From Felis catus (Eukaryota), in NCBI RefSeq assembly GCF_018350175.1, contig NC_058368.1, positions 226,984,001 to 227,048,000 on the forward strand: a stretch of 64,000 bases of DNA, in the 5' to 3' direction. Positions within the stretch are counted from its first letter, which is position 1; the number at the start of each line of letters is the position of its first letter. A program made the translations under genes and the position numbers. Positions 25,322 to 36,333 of the stretch are shown here, piece by piece. The notes beneath the pieces were generated by a model. That model saw only the letters and a program-made list of their open reading frames with translations, searched no databases and was not told where the DNA came from.

Positions 25322-26151
25322 TATACTAGCCAGAGCTCTCCACAGAAATAAAGCCAATAAGAAATACAGATATAGATAGATAGATAGATAGATAGATATA
25401 CCAAGATATATATAAAGATATTTCTGTATTTTATACATATATATATATGCCTATATATTATTATAGCCCTCAATATTATTAGGGATTTAGCTCACGTGAC
25501 TATGGAGGTACTGAGAACAAACTGAGGGTTGAGGGGGGGTGGGGAGAGGGGAAAGTGGGTGATGGGCATTGAGGAGGGCACCTGTTAGGATGAGCACCGG
25601 GTGTTGTATGGAAACCAATTTGACAATAAATATTAAACATATTTATATATAAGACAATATTAAACACAATATTAAAACACACATATATATTAAAAACAAG
25701 ATTAAATGTAATATATATATATTAAACACAATATATTAAAAACAATATTAAGCATAACCTATGCATAAAAAAAGAGAGGTCTGATGATTTGCCATCTGCA
25801 GGCTGGAGGCCCAGGAACTTTAGTGGTGTAGTTCCAATCCAAACCAAAGGGCTGAAAACCGGGGAGAAGGGAGACAACGGTTTAATCCCAGCCAAGTCAA
25901 GGTCCAGGGGAGAAGATGGATGTGCCCACTCAAGCAGTAAATAAATTCTCCCTTCCCCCAACTCTGGTTCTATAGGCCCTCAATAAATTCAATGATGCCT
26001 GCTCACATTTGTGAAAGCAAACTTCTCAGTCTACCGATTCAAATGCTAATTTCTTCTGGAAATACCCTCACAGACACACCCAGAAATGTTTTACTAGCAA
26101 TTGGGACCTCCTTTAGCCTAGTCAAAATGACACACAGGACCAAACATCACA
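25322..26151 (-). mobile_element. MLT2 (ERVL) solo LTR
   Basis: Motifs ctcacgtgactatggagg, tgccatctgcaggctggaggcccaggaa, accctcacagacacacccagaaat, end ...catcaca; 5-bp TSD ggaga/ggagg; internal (GATA)n. Confidence 0.9.
25509..25773 (+). mobile_element. 5'-truncated felid L1 3'UTR (~120 bp) plus an AT-rich tail, inserted in MLT2
   Basis: ctgagaacaaactgagggttg...gggtgttgtatggaaaccaatttgacaataaa. Confidence 0.9.
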
Positions 26152-26399
26152 GGAGGTAATCCCAGGAAGTATGGCCCGGGGGGGGGGGGGGGTGCGGGGG
26201 GTGCAGGGTGGGGGGGGAGACATAAGGCAGGAAAGGAGAAAAGCCAGTGCAGGGTATGTTCCTGAGTGAATGGAGGACCACAATGGGCAACTGAAACTCA
26301 ACCTTGCCCAAGACCCTCGGAGACACTGTGCATGTGCCCTGTCCAACTACCAACATGGCAGCCAGGAGTCACATGTGGCTATTTAAATTCGATTTTTTA

Positions 26400-27705
26400 A
26401 AAATATTTTTTTAATTCAAATTTTAGTTAACATACCATGCTACATTGGTTTCAGGAGTAGAATTCAGTGACTCATCACTTACCTACAACACCCAGTGCTC
26501 ATCACAAGTGTCCTTTTTATTTTTATTTTATTTTATTTTTATTTTTTTTCAATATATGAAATTTATTGTCAAATTGGTTTCCATACAACACCCAGTGCTC
26601 ATCGCAAAAGGTGCCTCCTCAATACCCATCACCCACCTTCCCCTCCCTCCCACCCCCCATCAGCCCTCAGTTTGTTCTCAGTTTTTAAGAGTCTCTTATG
26701 CTTTGGCTCTCTCCCACTCTAACCTCTTTTTTTTTCCTTCCCCTCCCCCCATGGGTTTCTGTTAAGTTTTTAATACCCACCACCCATCTTGCCCATCCCC
26801 TACCCACCACCCTCCATCAATCCTCAGTTTGTTCTCTATCTTTAAGAGTCTCTTGTGGTTTGTTTCCTTCTCTTCTTTTCCCCCCCTTCCCATGTGCTCA
26901 TCTATTTTGTTTCTTAAATACTGCTTATGAGTGAAATCACATGGTATTTGTCTTTCTCTGATTGACTTATTTTGCTTAGCATTATACATTCTAGTTCCAT
27001 CCACATTGCCGCAAATGGCAAGATTTCATTCTTTTTGATGGCTGAGTAATATTCTGTTGTATATATATAACTACATCTTCTTTATCCATTCATCAGTCAA
27101 TAGACATGTGGACTCTCTCCATGGTTTGGTTATTGTTGATAATTTTGCTATAAACATTGGGGTGCACTCACTCCTTTAAATCTGTATATTTTTATCCTTT
27201 GGGTAAATACTTACTAGTACAATTTCTGGATTGTAGGGTAGCTCTATTTTTAGTTCTGTGAGGAACCTCCATACTGTTCTCCAGAGTAGCTGCACCAGTT
27301 TGCATTCCCACCAATAGTGCAAGAAGTGTCCCCTTTCTCCACATCCTCACTAACACCTGTTGTTTCTCGTGTTGTTAATTTTAGGCCGTTCTGACAGGTG
27401 TGAGGTGGTTTCTCATCGTGGTTTTGATTTGTATTTCCCTGACGATAAGTGATGTTGAGCATCTTTTCATGTGTCTGTCAGCCATCTCGATGTCTTCTCT
27501 GGAAAAGTGTCTATCCATGTCTTCTCATTTCTTCACTGGATCATTTGTTTTTTTGGGTGTTGAGTTTGGTAAGTTCTTTATAGATTTTGGATAATAACCC
27601 TTTATCTGATGTGTCATTTGCAAATACCTTCTCCCATTTTGTAGGTCGCCACTCAGTTTTTTTGATTGTTTCCTTCACTGTGCAGAACCATTTTCTTGTA
27701 ATGAA
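26400..27705 (-). mobile_element. Carnivore L1, 3' ~1 kb (ORF2 C-terminus + 3'UTR), 5'-truncated
   Basis: Antisense L1 motifs: gaggaacctccatactgttctccagagtagctgcaccagtttgcattcccaccaa, gatgttgagcatcttttcatgtg. Confidence 0.95.
26514..26765 (-). mobile_element. Younger felid L1 3'UTR (~250 bp) nested in the 3'UTR of the carnivore L1
   Basis: T-rich tail then caatatatgaaatttattgtcaaattggtttccatacaacacccagtgctc; the host L1 resumes at taatacccaccaccc. Confidence 0.9.
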
Positions 27706-28189
27706 GTTTACATTTGAAATTTAATTTAACTTAATTTGAAGTTAACACCTTATTCTCCCTAGCCACGTATTAAGCGCTCAATAGCCACCTGTGGCTAATG
27801 GCTACCATATTGGACAGGGCAGATGAAAAAAATATTTCCACCATCACAGAAAGTTCTGTTGGACTGGGCTAGTGTAGACCTCATCACAGAATTGTCCCAT
27901 CCAACGGGCAAGGGAGCTGGGGTAATTTTTTTACCAACTTTCATCCCTTATTGGATAAAGATCAGTTGTGTAACCTCACCTACCTCATCTTCTGGCTGGT
28001 GTCATCCACCAGAGAACACCCCCAGGCAGAGATGCACGGAGCAGTGTAAGTGTATTTCCCTGGTAACCTCTAGAATGGCGGCAATAATATGTGTGGGGTG
28101 CGAGGTATCTGTCCCAGTTGCATGCAAAACAGATGAGAGGCAGAAATCATGAAAGACACAAAGAAGATTAGAAAATGAAACCTATTAAA

Positions 28190-28280
28190 TAAAAAAGAAG
28201 AGGAGAAGAAGTAGGAGGAGGAAGAAGAAAGACAGGAAGGAGGAAAGAAAGAAACAAAGAAAGAAAGAAAGAAAGAAGGA
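28190..28280. repeat. Purine-rich simple repeat (GAA/GAG/GAAA)
   Basis: Direct inspection. Confidence 0.85.
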
Positions 28281-28889
28281 TTAAAAGCAATGATCTCAGA
28301 AACAGCCGCATGCAAAGTAAAGTCTGCGTCACAAAATTGTCCTGCTGGGAAACCCAATCCTACACCCCACACCCCAGCCTGTTCTTCTCTCAAACGGAAA
28401 GTTGACCTCACTTAGACCTAGCCCCAGGCCACGGTTTACTACTTCTTTTTAAAGAGTATTACAAATGGGCCGGAACTTACTGCTTAGAAAGGAAGGCAGC
28501 CGATTAACTAGAACAGTGTCAAAGGTTCTGGAAGGAGAACACGATCCTCCCGGCTCCTCTCAGCTCCCCTGGGCCTGTCTGATGGCCCAGGAAAATATTA
28601 AACCCTTGCCAAGCTGCCTATCAGACCTCTCAACGGCCACAATGATTTTCACAGCAAACAACGCCTTCTCTCTCATGACTCCATCATCAGAGATAAAGCT
28701 GAGGACCTCAGCATCCCTGGAAAGAGAACAACATTTAAATGTTTTCTTGGTTGTATAAAACGCTCTCAAATATTTTCCTGAGAGACCTATATTAAGTTGA
28801 AAAACGGAATTATTCTCTGCCCTGAGCAAGAAGAAGGGGTTATGGTGTGGATCGTGGGCCATGGGAGGTGATGATTAAAAACAAGGGGC

Positions 28890-29413
28890 TGCCTGGCCGA
28901 TAGGCTCTGGGGCAAGGGGGCAAGGTTAACTCCACCAGTGATGAGTGAAACCATTATCAGCCATCCCAATAAGATGTGACAAGAAAGGGACTTCACCTGG
29001 GCAGTCTTCTCAAAAATCCATAGCCCTGTCTGACCATGAGAAAAACATCAGACACACCAGAGTTGAAGGACATGCTACAAAATCCCTGAACTGACAAGGC
29101 CATGGAAAAGACGGGAGGACCCAGAAACTGTCCCAGGCTAAGGAGGATGACAACTAAAATGCAATAGGACATCCCGAGGGGGATCCTGGGAAAGAAAAGA
29201 AACATGCACGGAAAAACTAGTGAAATGCAAAGAAGTCTGGAGTTTGCTTACTCGTTACAGACCAGTGTCGGTTTCCCAGTTGTGATAAATATACCACAGT
29301 CATGTCAAATGTCAACATAGGAAAAAGCGGGGGAAGAATACATGGGAACTCTCTGCTACTTTCTCTGTAAATCTAAAATTGTTCCAAAATCAAAAGCTTA
29401 TTTAAAAAAAAAA
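28890..29413 (+). mobile_element. L1MC/L1MD-type 3' end
   Basis: ccatgagaaaaacatcagaca, gatgacaactaaaatgcaat, ctgtaaatctaaaattgttccaaaat and an A tail. Confidence 0.85.
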
Positions 29414-29538
29414 ACCCAAAAACATCTCATTACCAAAGGCCAATTACAGGGTGTAAAGCAGAGAAATATAAAGAACAGATGAAAAAATCCTTGTTTGCTT
29501 ACCTGAAGCTTTCTCAACTGTTAAAAATGCCACATAGC

Positions 29539-29757
29539 GGGGCGCCTGGGTGGCTCAGTCAGTTGAGCGTCCGACTTCCGCTCAGGTCACGATCTCACGG
29601 TCCGTGAGTTCGAGCCCCACGTCGGGCTCTGGGCGGATGGCTCAGAGCCTGGAGCCTGCTTCCCATTCTGTGTCTCCCTCTCTCTCTGCCCCTCCCCCGT
29701 TCATGCTCTGTCTCTCTCTGTCTCAAAAATAAATAAACGTTAAAAAAAAAATTAAAA
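29539..29757 (+). mobile_element. Can-SINE (SINEC_Fc-like)
   Basis: Full length; TSD aaaaatgccacatagc. Confidence 0.96.
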
Positions 29758-29771
29758 AAAAATGCCACATA

Positions 29772-29991
29772 GCGGCACCTGGGGGGCTCAGTTGGTTAAG
29801 CAGCCGACTTCAGCTCAGGTCACTAGCTCACGGTTCGAGGGTTCGTGAGTTCAAGCACCGCGTCAGGCTCCCTACTGTCAGCACAGAGCTCACTTTGGAT
29901 CCTCTGTCCCTCTGTTTCTCTGCCCTTCCCCTGCTTGCATGCACTCTCTCTCTCTCTCTCAAATAAATAAATAAACGTTAAAAAAAAATTT
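29772..29991 (+). mobile_element. Older Can-SINE
   Basis: Diverged SINE; degenerate TSD aatgccacata / aatgcgacgta. Confidence 0.92.
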
Positions 29992-30397
29992 AATGCGACG
30001 TAAAGGTAAAGGTTCGAGTGGCTAGTAGAAAAAGTTAATCTATCAAAATAAGTTTACTTCGACAAAATGTAATATAAACAGTTGCACTCAGATGAGTGAT
30101 GGAGAAATTAATGGTGCCCTACGTGCCCGAGCCAAACAGAATGGTGTAGAATCCAGCGGTAACAGATGGCATACAGAAACCAAGCCCAGCCGAAAGCTTT
30201 TCAGATAAGTCAGTTAAAATTGAAGGAAACAAAAATGTTGAAACGTGTATGCTTTTAATGTGTAAGTAGCACACTCTGGCTCACCGACAAAACGACAAAT
30301 TACAGTTTTATTTAAGCCTCAACAACAAAAATTCTAATTCGGGGAATTTCTTTGTAATGATCTTAACTGACTCCCATTAAACACGCACATGCACGTG

Positions 30398-30420
30398 CAC
30401 ACACACACACACACACACAC
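30398..30420. repeat. (CA)n microsatellite
   Basis: Direct inspection. Confidence 0.9.
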
Positions 30421-30974
30421 TTTTATGACAAATAACTGAATAGTTAGCAATTCCAAGACTCAACAGCTTCAACAAGGGGTTCTATAAATGGAAAAAATTC
30501 TCCAAACCCACTAACAATGTAACTGGAAATATGGAAAAGTTTACCGAGTTTACAAAAAGAAATCCCTGAATCATATGAACTAAACAAACAGAGAACCCAA
30601 ACTGCTGACTGAGCACCAAGGGTTTAGGAGGGTGAAGATTAAGACATGGTAGGAAAAGCAATTAAGGAAAGATGGGGAAAAAAACCAACATGCGACCGAC
30701 ACACAGCTGAAAAGAAGCCTCTACACATGCCGATGTGACAGCATCAGATGTAATTCTTGCTGATCCTAAAACGTATTCCGTGGGACCTGATTCGTGTAAA
30801 AATGTGCCACCTCTTCTTTTCTTTCCATTCGCTTCTCCGCCATTTCCCATCAAAGTATTTTGTTATTTAGACCCTCACGACGCATGTGTATGTACCAAGG
30901 TATTAAACAAGAGTTTTCCAGACCTCAGCAGAGGATCCTAAGCACTTTTGTAGGCACCATCCGTGCTAAGCTCT

Positions 30975-31140
30975 CGATCATTGCCTCTCAAATGTTAATA
31001 TGCATTAGAAATCACCTAGTATCTTGTTATAATGAAGGTTCTGTGGGTTGAGGGTGGAGCTCAATGTTTACGTGTCTAATAAGCTCCTGGGTAAAGCCCA
31101 TGCCTGTGGCCCAACAACCACACTTCAAATAGCAAGAGTC
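30975..31140. mobile_element. MER5-like hAT-Charlie MITE
   Basis: tgcattagaaatcacct...tctaataagctcctgggtaa...accacacttcaaatagca. Confidence 0.7.
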
Positions 31141-31674
31141 TAGAGTGCCCCGGACGGACAGGCCAAGGCATTAAAACAGCTTTGCAGGAGTGGCCCCTTC
31201 ACCTCCCTCCAGGTTGCATAGCTGAAAACAGAGCATTCCCTGGGTTTTTGAAGTATCCAGGCATGATCTTCTTTGCAGACAGTACTCTGATTTGCTTCAC
31301 TTGTTTCGGCTTTCCTGTAAGCCAAATGAGGAAGGTGTTATGAAAACTTCATAGATAACTTAGCTCTAGAGTTTCAGAGCCAAGGGGATGGCTATTGGAT
31401 CCCCACCTGCCGAAAGGTGAGGAGGTGGGGCTGCGAGGTCATGAACTTGGGCCGAACTTTCAGAGTTTGCAAGGACAAGGACGCATGCAAAGAGAAAAAG
31501 AATCAGCATTTGGAAGCTGCACACTGGATGAAAGCAACCCCAGATTACAATTCCACAGAAAAGTTCAATATCTTCCTCACATTTCCTTCTAATCCCTCTT
31601 CCTCCAGGGCTCCAAACAGCAGCTAGTGAGTAGGGAAGGGACTGGACCCTCGAAAGAGAGGAACAGCCAATGAT

Positions 31675-31886
31675 GGGGCCCCTGGGTGGCTCAGTCAGTT
31701 AAGCATCCGACTTCAGCTCTGGTCACGATCTCACGGTTTGTGAGTTCGAGCCCCGCATCGGGCTCTGTGCCGACAGCTCAGAGCCTGGAGCCTGCTTCCG
31801 ATTCTATGTGTGTCTCTCTCTCTACCCCTCCCCTGCTCATGCTCTGTCTCTCTGTCTCAAAAATAAACATTAAGAAAAATTTTTTT
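31675..31886 (+). mobile_element. Can-SINE
   Basis: Full length; TSD acagccaatga / acatccaatga. Confidence 0.95.
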
Positions 31887-32292
31887 ACACATCCAATGAC
31901 CGTGACAGCATTTCCCTCCATTACACACAATGCAGGGATCTGGGTTGGAGGTTGCCTGAGCCAGAAGAGAGTTGAAGCTCTCAAGTAATGAGCATAGTAT
32001 CATGTGACTATTCAACTGAAGTGGATTTTCTTTATCTGGGAGAGAAGGATCTGCTGAGACACCCAAGACTTTATCCAAAGTTGAAAAAGAGACATTCCAT
32101 TGATGAAGTTTAATGGGAAGTGGTGAGAAATAATGAGGTTGCTTTGTCACCTTAGGAGGCTAGTTGGCTCCATATATGAGATTCTCAGTCATGCTCATTA
32201 GAGGAAAGAACGTCATAGATCACATACATGAATGTGTAGATCGTGGTACATGTACCACGATAAACAAGAATATTTAACAAGAATCTACTGCT

Positions 32293-32510
32293 GGGGCACC
32301 TGGGTGACTCAGTCAGTTGAGCATTTGACTCTTGATTTTGGCTCAGGTCATGATCCCAGGGTCACGAGATCAAGCCCTGTGTCGGGCGCTGTGCTGAACA
32401 TGGAGTATGCTTAAGATTCTCCTCTCTCTCTCTCTCCCGTTCTCTCTCTCTTTCTCCCCCTCTGCCCCTCTCCCCAACTCTCCCTCTCTCAGTCTCTCTT
32501 AAAAAAAAAA
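32293..32510 (+). mobile_element. Older Can-SINE
   Basis: Head ggggcacctgggtgactcag, gactcttgattttggctcagg variant; TSD aagaatctactg / aagactctaatg. Confidence 0.93.
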
Positions 32511-32529
32511 AGACTCTAATGTTTAAAGA

Positions 32530-32705
32530 CTTGGAGTTTGAGGGCTGAAAGAGATCTTAGGCCTATCTTGTCAAACCTTTTTGTTTTATGGAGGAGAAAT
32601 CTAAGCACTTTATCAAGTGACCTGTCCGAGGACACAGTTGCTTATTGGTAGCAGACTCAGGCCTGAAAGTCCAATCCCCTGACCCCTAAAGCAGTGTGCT
32701 TTCCA
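32530..32705 (-). mobile_element. MIR fragment
   Basis: aagtgacctgtccgaggacacag antisense core. Confidence 0.6.
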
Positions 32706-32894
32706 ATAAGCCGTAAGGACAAGCAAATAATTTCATAAAAGCAAGACACCTAAAATAGCCAACAGATTTGTAGCTACTTATTGCCAAAAAAGCCATTTCA
32801 GTGGGAAATTGCATCTGGTGAGTAGGGCAGGAAAAACTGCCATGACATATAAACATTATAAATTTAGTATAAATTTGCTTTAAAAATAGTGTTA

Positions 32895-34300
32895 AGGCAA
32901 AACAATCCTGAAAAAGAAGAAGTTGGAGGGGTTGCAATTCCTGATTTCAAAACTTATTACAAAGCTACAGTAATCAAAACAGTGTGGTACTGGCATAAAG
33001 ATGTATAGATATAGATGATATAGGTATAGATATAGATGATATAGATAGATATAGATATAGATATAGATAGATAGATGTAGAGAGATATATCAATATATTG
33101 CAATGGGATAAACTAGAAAGCCCAAAATAAACCCTTGCATGTGTGACAAATAGATTTTTGACATGGATGCCAAGACTATTCAATGGGAAAGAATCACCTT
33201 TTCAACATATAGTGCTATAGAAACTGGATGTCCACCTGCAAGGGAATGAAGCTGGATTCTTATTTTATACCGTATGCAAAAAATCCACTCAAAACTGATC
33301 GAAGACCTAAATATAAGAGCTCACACCATAAAACTCTTAAAGAAAACATGGCCTGGAGGAAGCTTCATGACAATACATGTGGCCATTGTTTCCTGGATGG
33401 GACATCAGAAGCTCAGGCAACAAAAGCAAAAAGAGACAAATGGGACTACATTAAACTTAAATACTTTTGCTCATCAAAGGAAATGATCAACAGAGTGAAA
33501 AGGCAACCCATCATATGGGAGAAAATATATGCAAATCGTGAATCTGATAAGAGATTAATATCCAGAATATATAGAGAACTCCTACAATTCAGCAACAACA
33601 ACCACGACAACCAAATAAATTCAAAAATGGCAAAGGGCTTGAATAGATATTTCTCCAAAGAAGATATACAAATAGCCAATAGGCATATGAAAAAAACGCT
33701 CAACACCATTAATCAATAGAGAAATAGCAATCAAAACCACATGTAGATACCACCTCACACCCATTTTACTATAAAAAATAATAATAAGGGCGCCTGGGTG
33801 ACTCAGTCAGCTAAGAGTCCGATGCTTGGTATCAGCTCAGGTCATGATCTCACAGTTCGTGGGATGGAGCCCCGTGTGGGACTCTGCACTGTGGGCATGG
33901 ATTGTGCTTGGGATTCTCTGTCTCCCTCCCTCACTGTCCCTCCCCCACTCGTGCTCTCTCTCTCTTTCTCTCTCTCTAAAAATAAATAACTAGACATTAA
34001 AACCAGATAATAACAACAACAACAGGTGTTGGCAAAGAGGTGGGGAAATTGAGACCCTCCTGCGCTGTTGGTAGAAATGCAAATGGAGAAATGGTAGAAA
34101 CGCCACCGTGGAGAACAGAAGAGCAGGTCCTCAAAACACTGAAAATAGAATTGTCGTGTGAGCTAGGTATTTTATTTCTGAGTCTACACCCAAAATAATT
34201 GAAAGTAGGGCCTCCAAAACATATTTGTACGTTCATGTTTGTAGAATCTTCCACAACAGCCAACGGTGTAGATTGGTGGGTGAATGGATAAACAAAATCT
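32895..34300 (+). mobile_element. L1 (L1MA/MB-type) ORF2 3' fragment, disrupted
   Basis: ORF 33228-33719 encodes ORF2p-like WDYIKLK.FC..KE.INRVKRQP..WEKIYAN...NRYFSKEDIQ.ANRHMKK; has frameshifts, an internal (TAGATA)n at ~33000-33090 and a SINE insertion. Confidence 0.93.
33787..34002 (+). mobile_element. Older Can-SINE inserted in L1
   Basis: SINE head, (CT)n and aataaa tail interrupting L1 ORF2. Confidence 0.92.
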
Positions 34301-36305
34301 AAAAATTAAAATGAAAGTGATTTGAAAAGCTTCAGAGAGGGTTTCTCCCACTACGTCTTTTTCCAAAGCCAACGGATCCATGGCTTCAGGGAAGAATGCC
34401 AAACAGACCCCAACTCATGAGCTGCCTCTAATGGCTGTTGATAATTCTCTTTTGCCATGCTCTTATACTTTGCATGTTGCAGCAAATAACTCTAACTCAT
34501 GTAATCAGAAAAATAGGTGTATATATATATATATATTTTTTTTTTTTCTTCAAGTGTATTAAAGGACAGAGGGCTCCATTAGAATAGTCACACCCAAAGG
34601 GCGGCACTCACTTTATAACTGTCTCTCCTGTTCAGAGCAATTCAACCTTCCAAACACTGGGAACTAAACCACGTCCAGGAAGCTACAAAGGCAAATAAGA
34701 CATTGTCCCTGCCCCTGCCAAAAAAAATCCCTGGGTTGGTTACAAGTTAGCATATCAGCGAGAAATTTTAAAGGCATCTTAAAGTTTTACCACACTCCCC
34801 CAACCGTAAAAATCTGAAAAGCAAATGTATAGCAAGCCAACAATTTGATTAAGGGGAAAAAACTCTTTTGCTACAGTTTTGTGGGCCAGGGTTACGGGGT
34901 GGAGAGGCGAGTTCTAATAAAAATCAGGCACCATAACTTCCCTGACTAAATTCAGAATCGTGGAGTGTAAACACTGGGTCTAGGAGATAGATATCAAATT
35001 GTCAGCTTTAATACTGATTAAAAAATGAACATGTCCAGTTCCGTCCCCCCAATTCACGAAGTACCTTTATTTAGGGCCAAAGTTTTAGGGCCAGGAGTGT
35101 TGCTCTAATGGCGATCGCTTCACAAGGAACAAAGAGGAAAGGAGTTTCCCCCATCAAGTCAACAAATGGCTGCTATAATCAGGGGAGTAGAAAATATTAT
35201 ATAAAAATGAGGAAATGGGTTGAGAGCAAGAGAGTTTTTTCCAAACTCTGCTTCAGCGGTTGAGAAGCTCTACAGCTGTTAGGCGAATGGCAGTCCAGCC
35301 TCCTGACCTCCAAGAGCCCCAATGGCACATTTATCTAAAGAAATAATAGTCCTCACTCTACTCGCCTCCCAGAGCTATTTTGAGAATCCAAGAACGGTGT
35401 GCTTGTAAGTGCTTGACAAACGGCGATCGTGCTAAGCAAATTGCATTTTTCCAGTTTTCAAACCTAAATGGCCAGCGTCTCTCAGGTCTGCTAAGCACAT
35501 CATGTGAAAGACTATTATGACATTTTAGTTCCCTTATTCGGACAAAGTAAGCCACTAATTTGCTCTTAAATCTCTGTGCTTGAAACTGCTTATATTACAG
35601 AATCTGCCTTTACAAGGACATTTCCTTCTGGAATGGCAGCCAGGAAACTTCCAAGCAAATTGGATGGTCCGCGTCCAGGTGACCTGAAGACGAAGACACG
35701 AGAAGTGTGGGCAAGTCTGAGTCACGGTCCGCGGGCTGCTCACGTCTGATGGGGAGCGCTACTGTAGCTTAAGTGATAAATCATCAACTAGAGAAATATA
35801 AACACTGGTTACACAAACAAATTCAATTTAAGAGTCCCTTAATGAACCTTTAACGAGCTACATGTGGGCTGCAAATGCCCGGCACCCTGCCTCAATGTGT
35901 TTGCTTTTGAAAAAAAAAAAAAAAAAATGAAAAAAGCATCAGTTAGCCTCATCTTCTATCTTAGGACTCAGCTCATTAGCCAAATGCAATTCAAACAACC
36001 AACTTTTCAATTAAAACGCTATTTCCAAAGGAAGAGAGAGAACGCATCTGCCATTGATAAAGGCATGAACCATCGGGGAAAATATCATTTCCTCGAGGAG
36101 GGCAGACGGGAACAGAGAAAAACAGTGACGTTTCTTCCGTGGAGTGATAATTTATGAAAAATTCAGGACTTTCCACACATGGTATCATAATCAAAAAAGT
36201 GCCCCTCTTCCTGTTCTCACAGTTGGAACTTTTAAATTATAGGGTTTTCCTCCTCCAACTTTGCCTTTATTGGCTGAGACTTAAAATAAACACACACTCC
36301 CATTC

Positions 36306-36333
36306 ACACGCACACACACACACACACACACAC
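36306..36333. repeat. (CA)n microsatellite
   Basis: Direct inspection. Confidence 0.9.

Larger units (their letters stand above)
26333..27872. mobile_element. MER3-like hAT-Charlie MITE split by L1 (~26333-26395 and ~27710-27872)
   Basis: ctgtccaa...cacatgtggctatttaaat on the left; agccacctgtggctaatggctaccatattggacag...cagaaagttctgttggac on the right. Confidence 0.8.
25252..28117 (-). mobile_element. ERVL LTR (LTR33/LTR16-like) in three pieces: ~25252-25321, 26152-26331, 27873-28117
   Basis: cttaggttgggattcctgcaaagcag...gtttatttggggag | ggaggtaatcccaggaag...tgggcaactgaaactcaa | cagaattgtcccatcc...agggagctggggta read as one colinear LTR. Confidence 0.7.

Noticed and set aside
33228..33719. 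163-aa ORF with real protein similarity
   Set aside because: A decayed L1 ORF2p fragment with frameshifts, interrupted by a microsatellite and a SINE; not a host gene or an active L1
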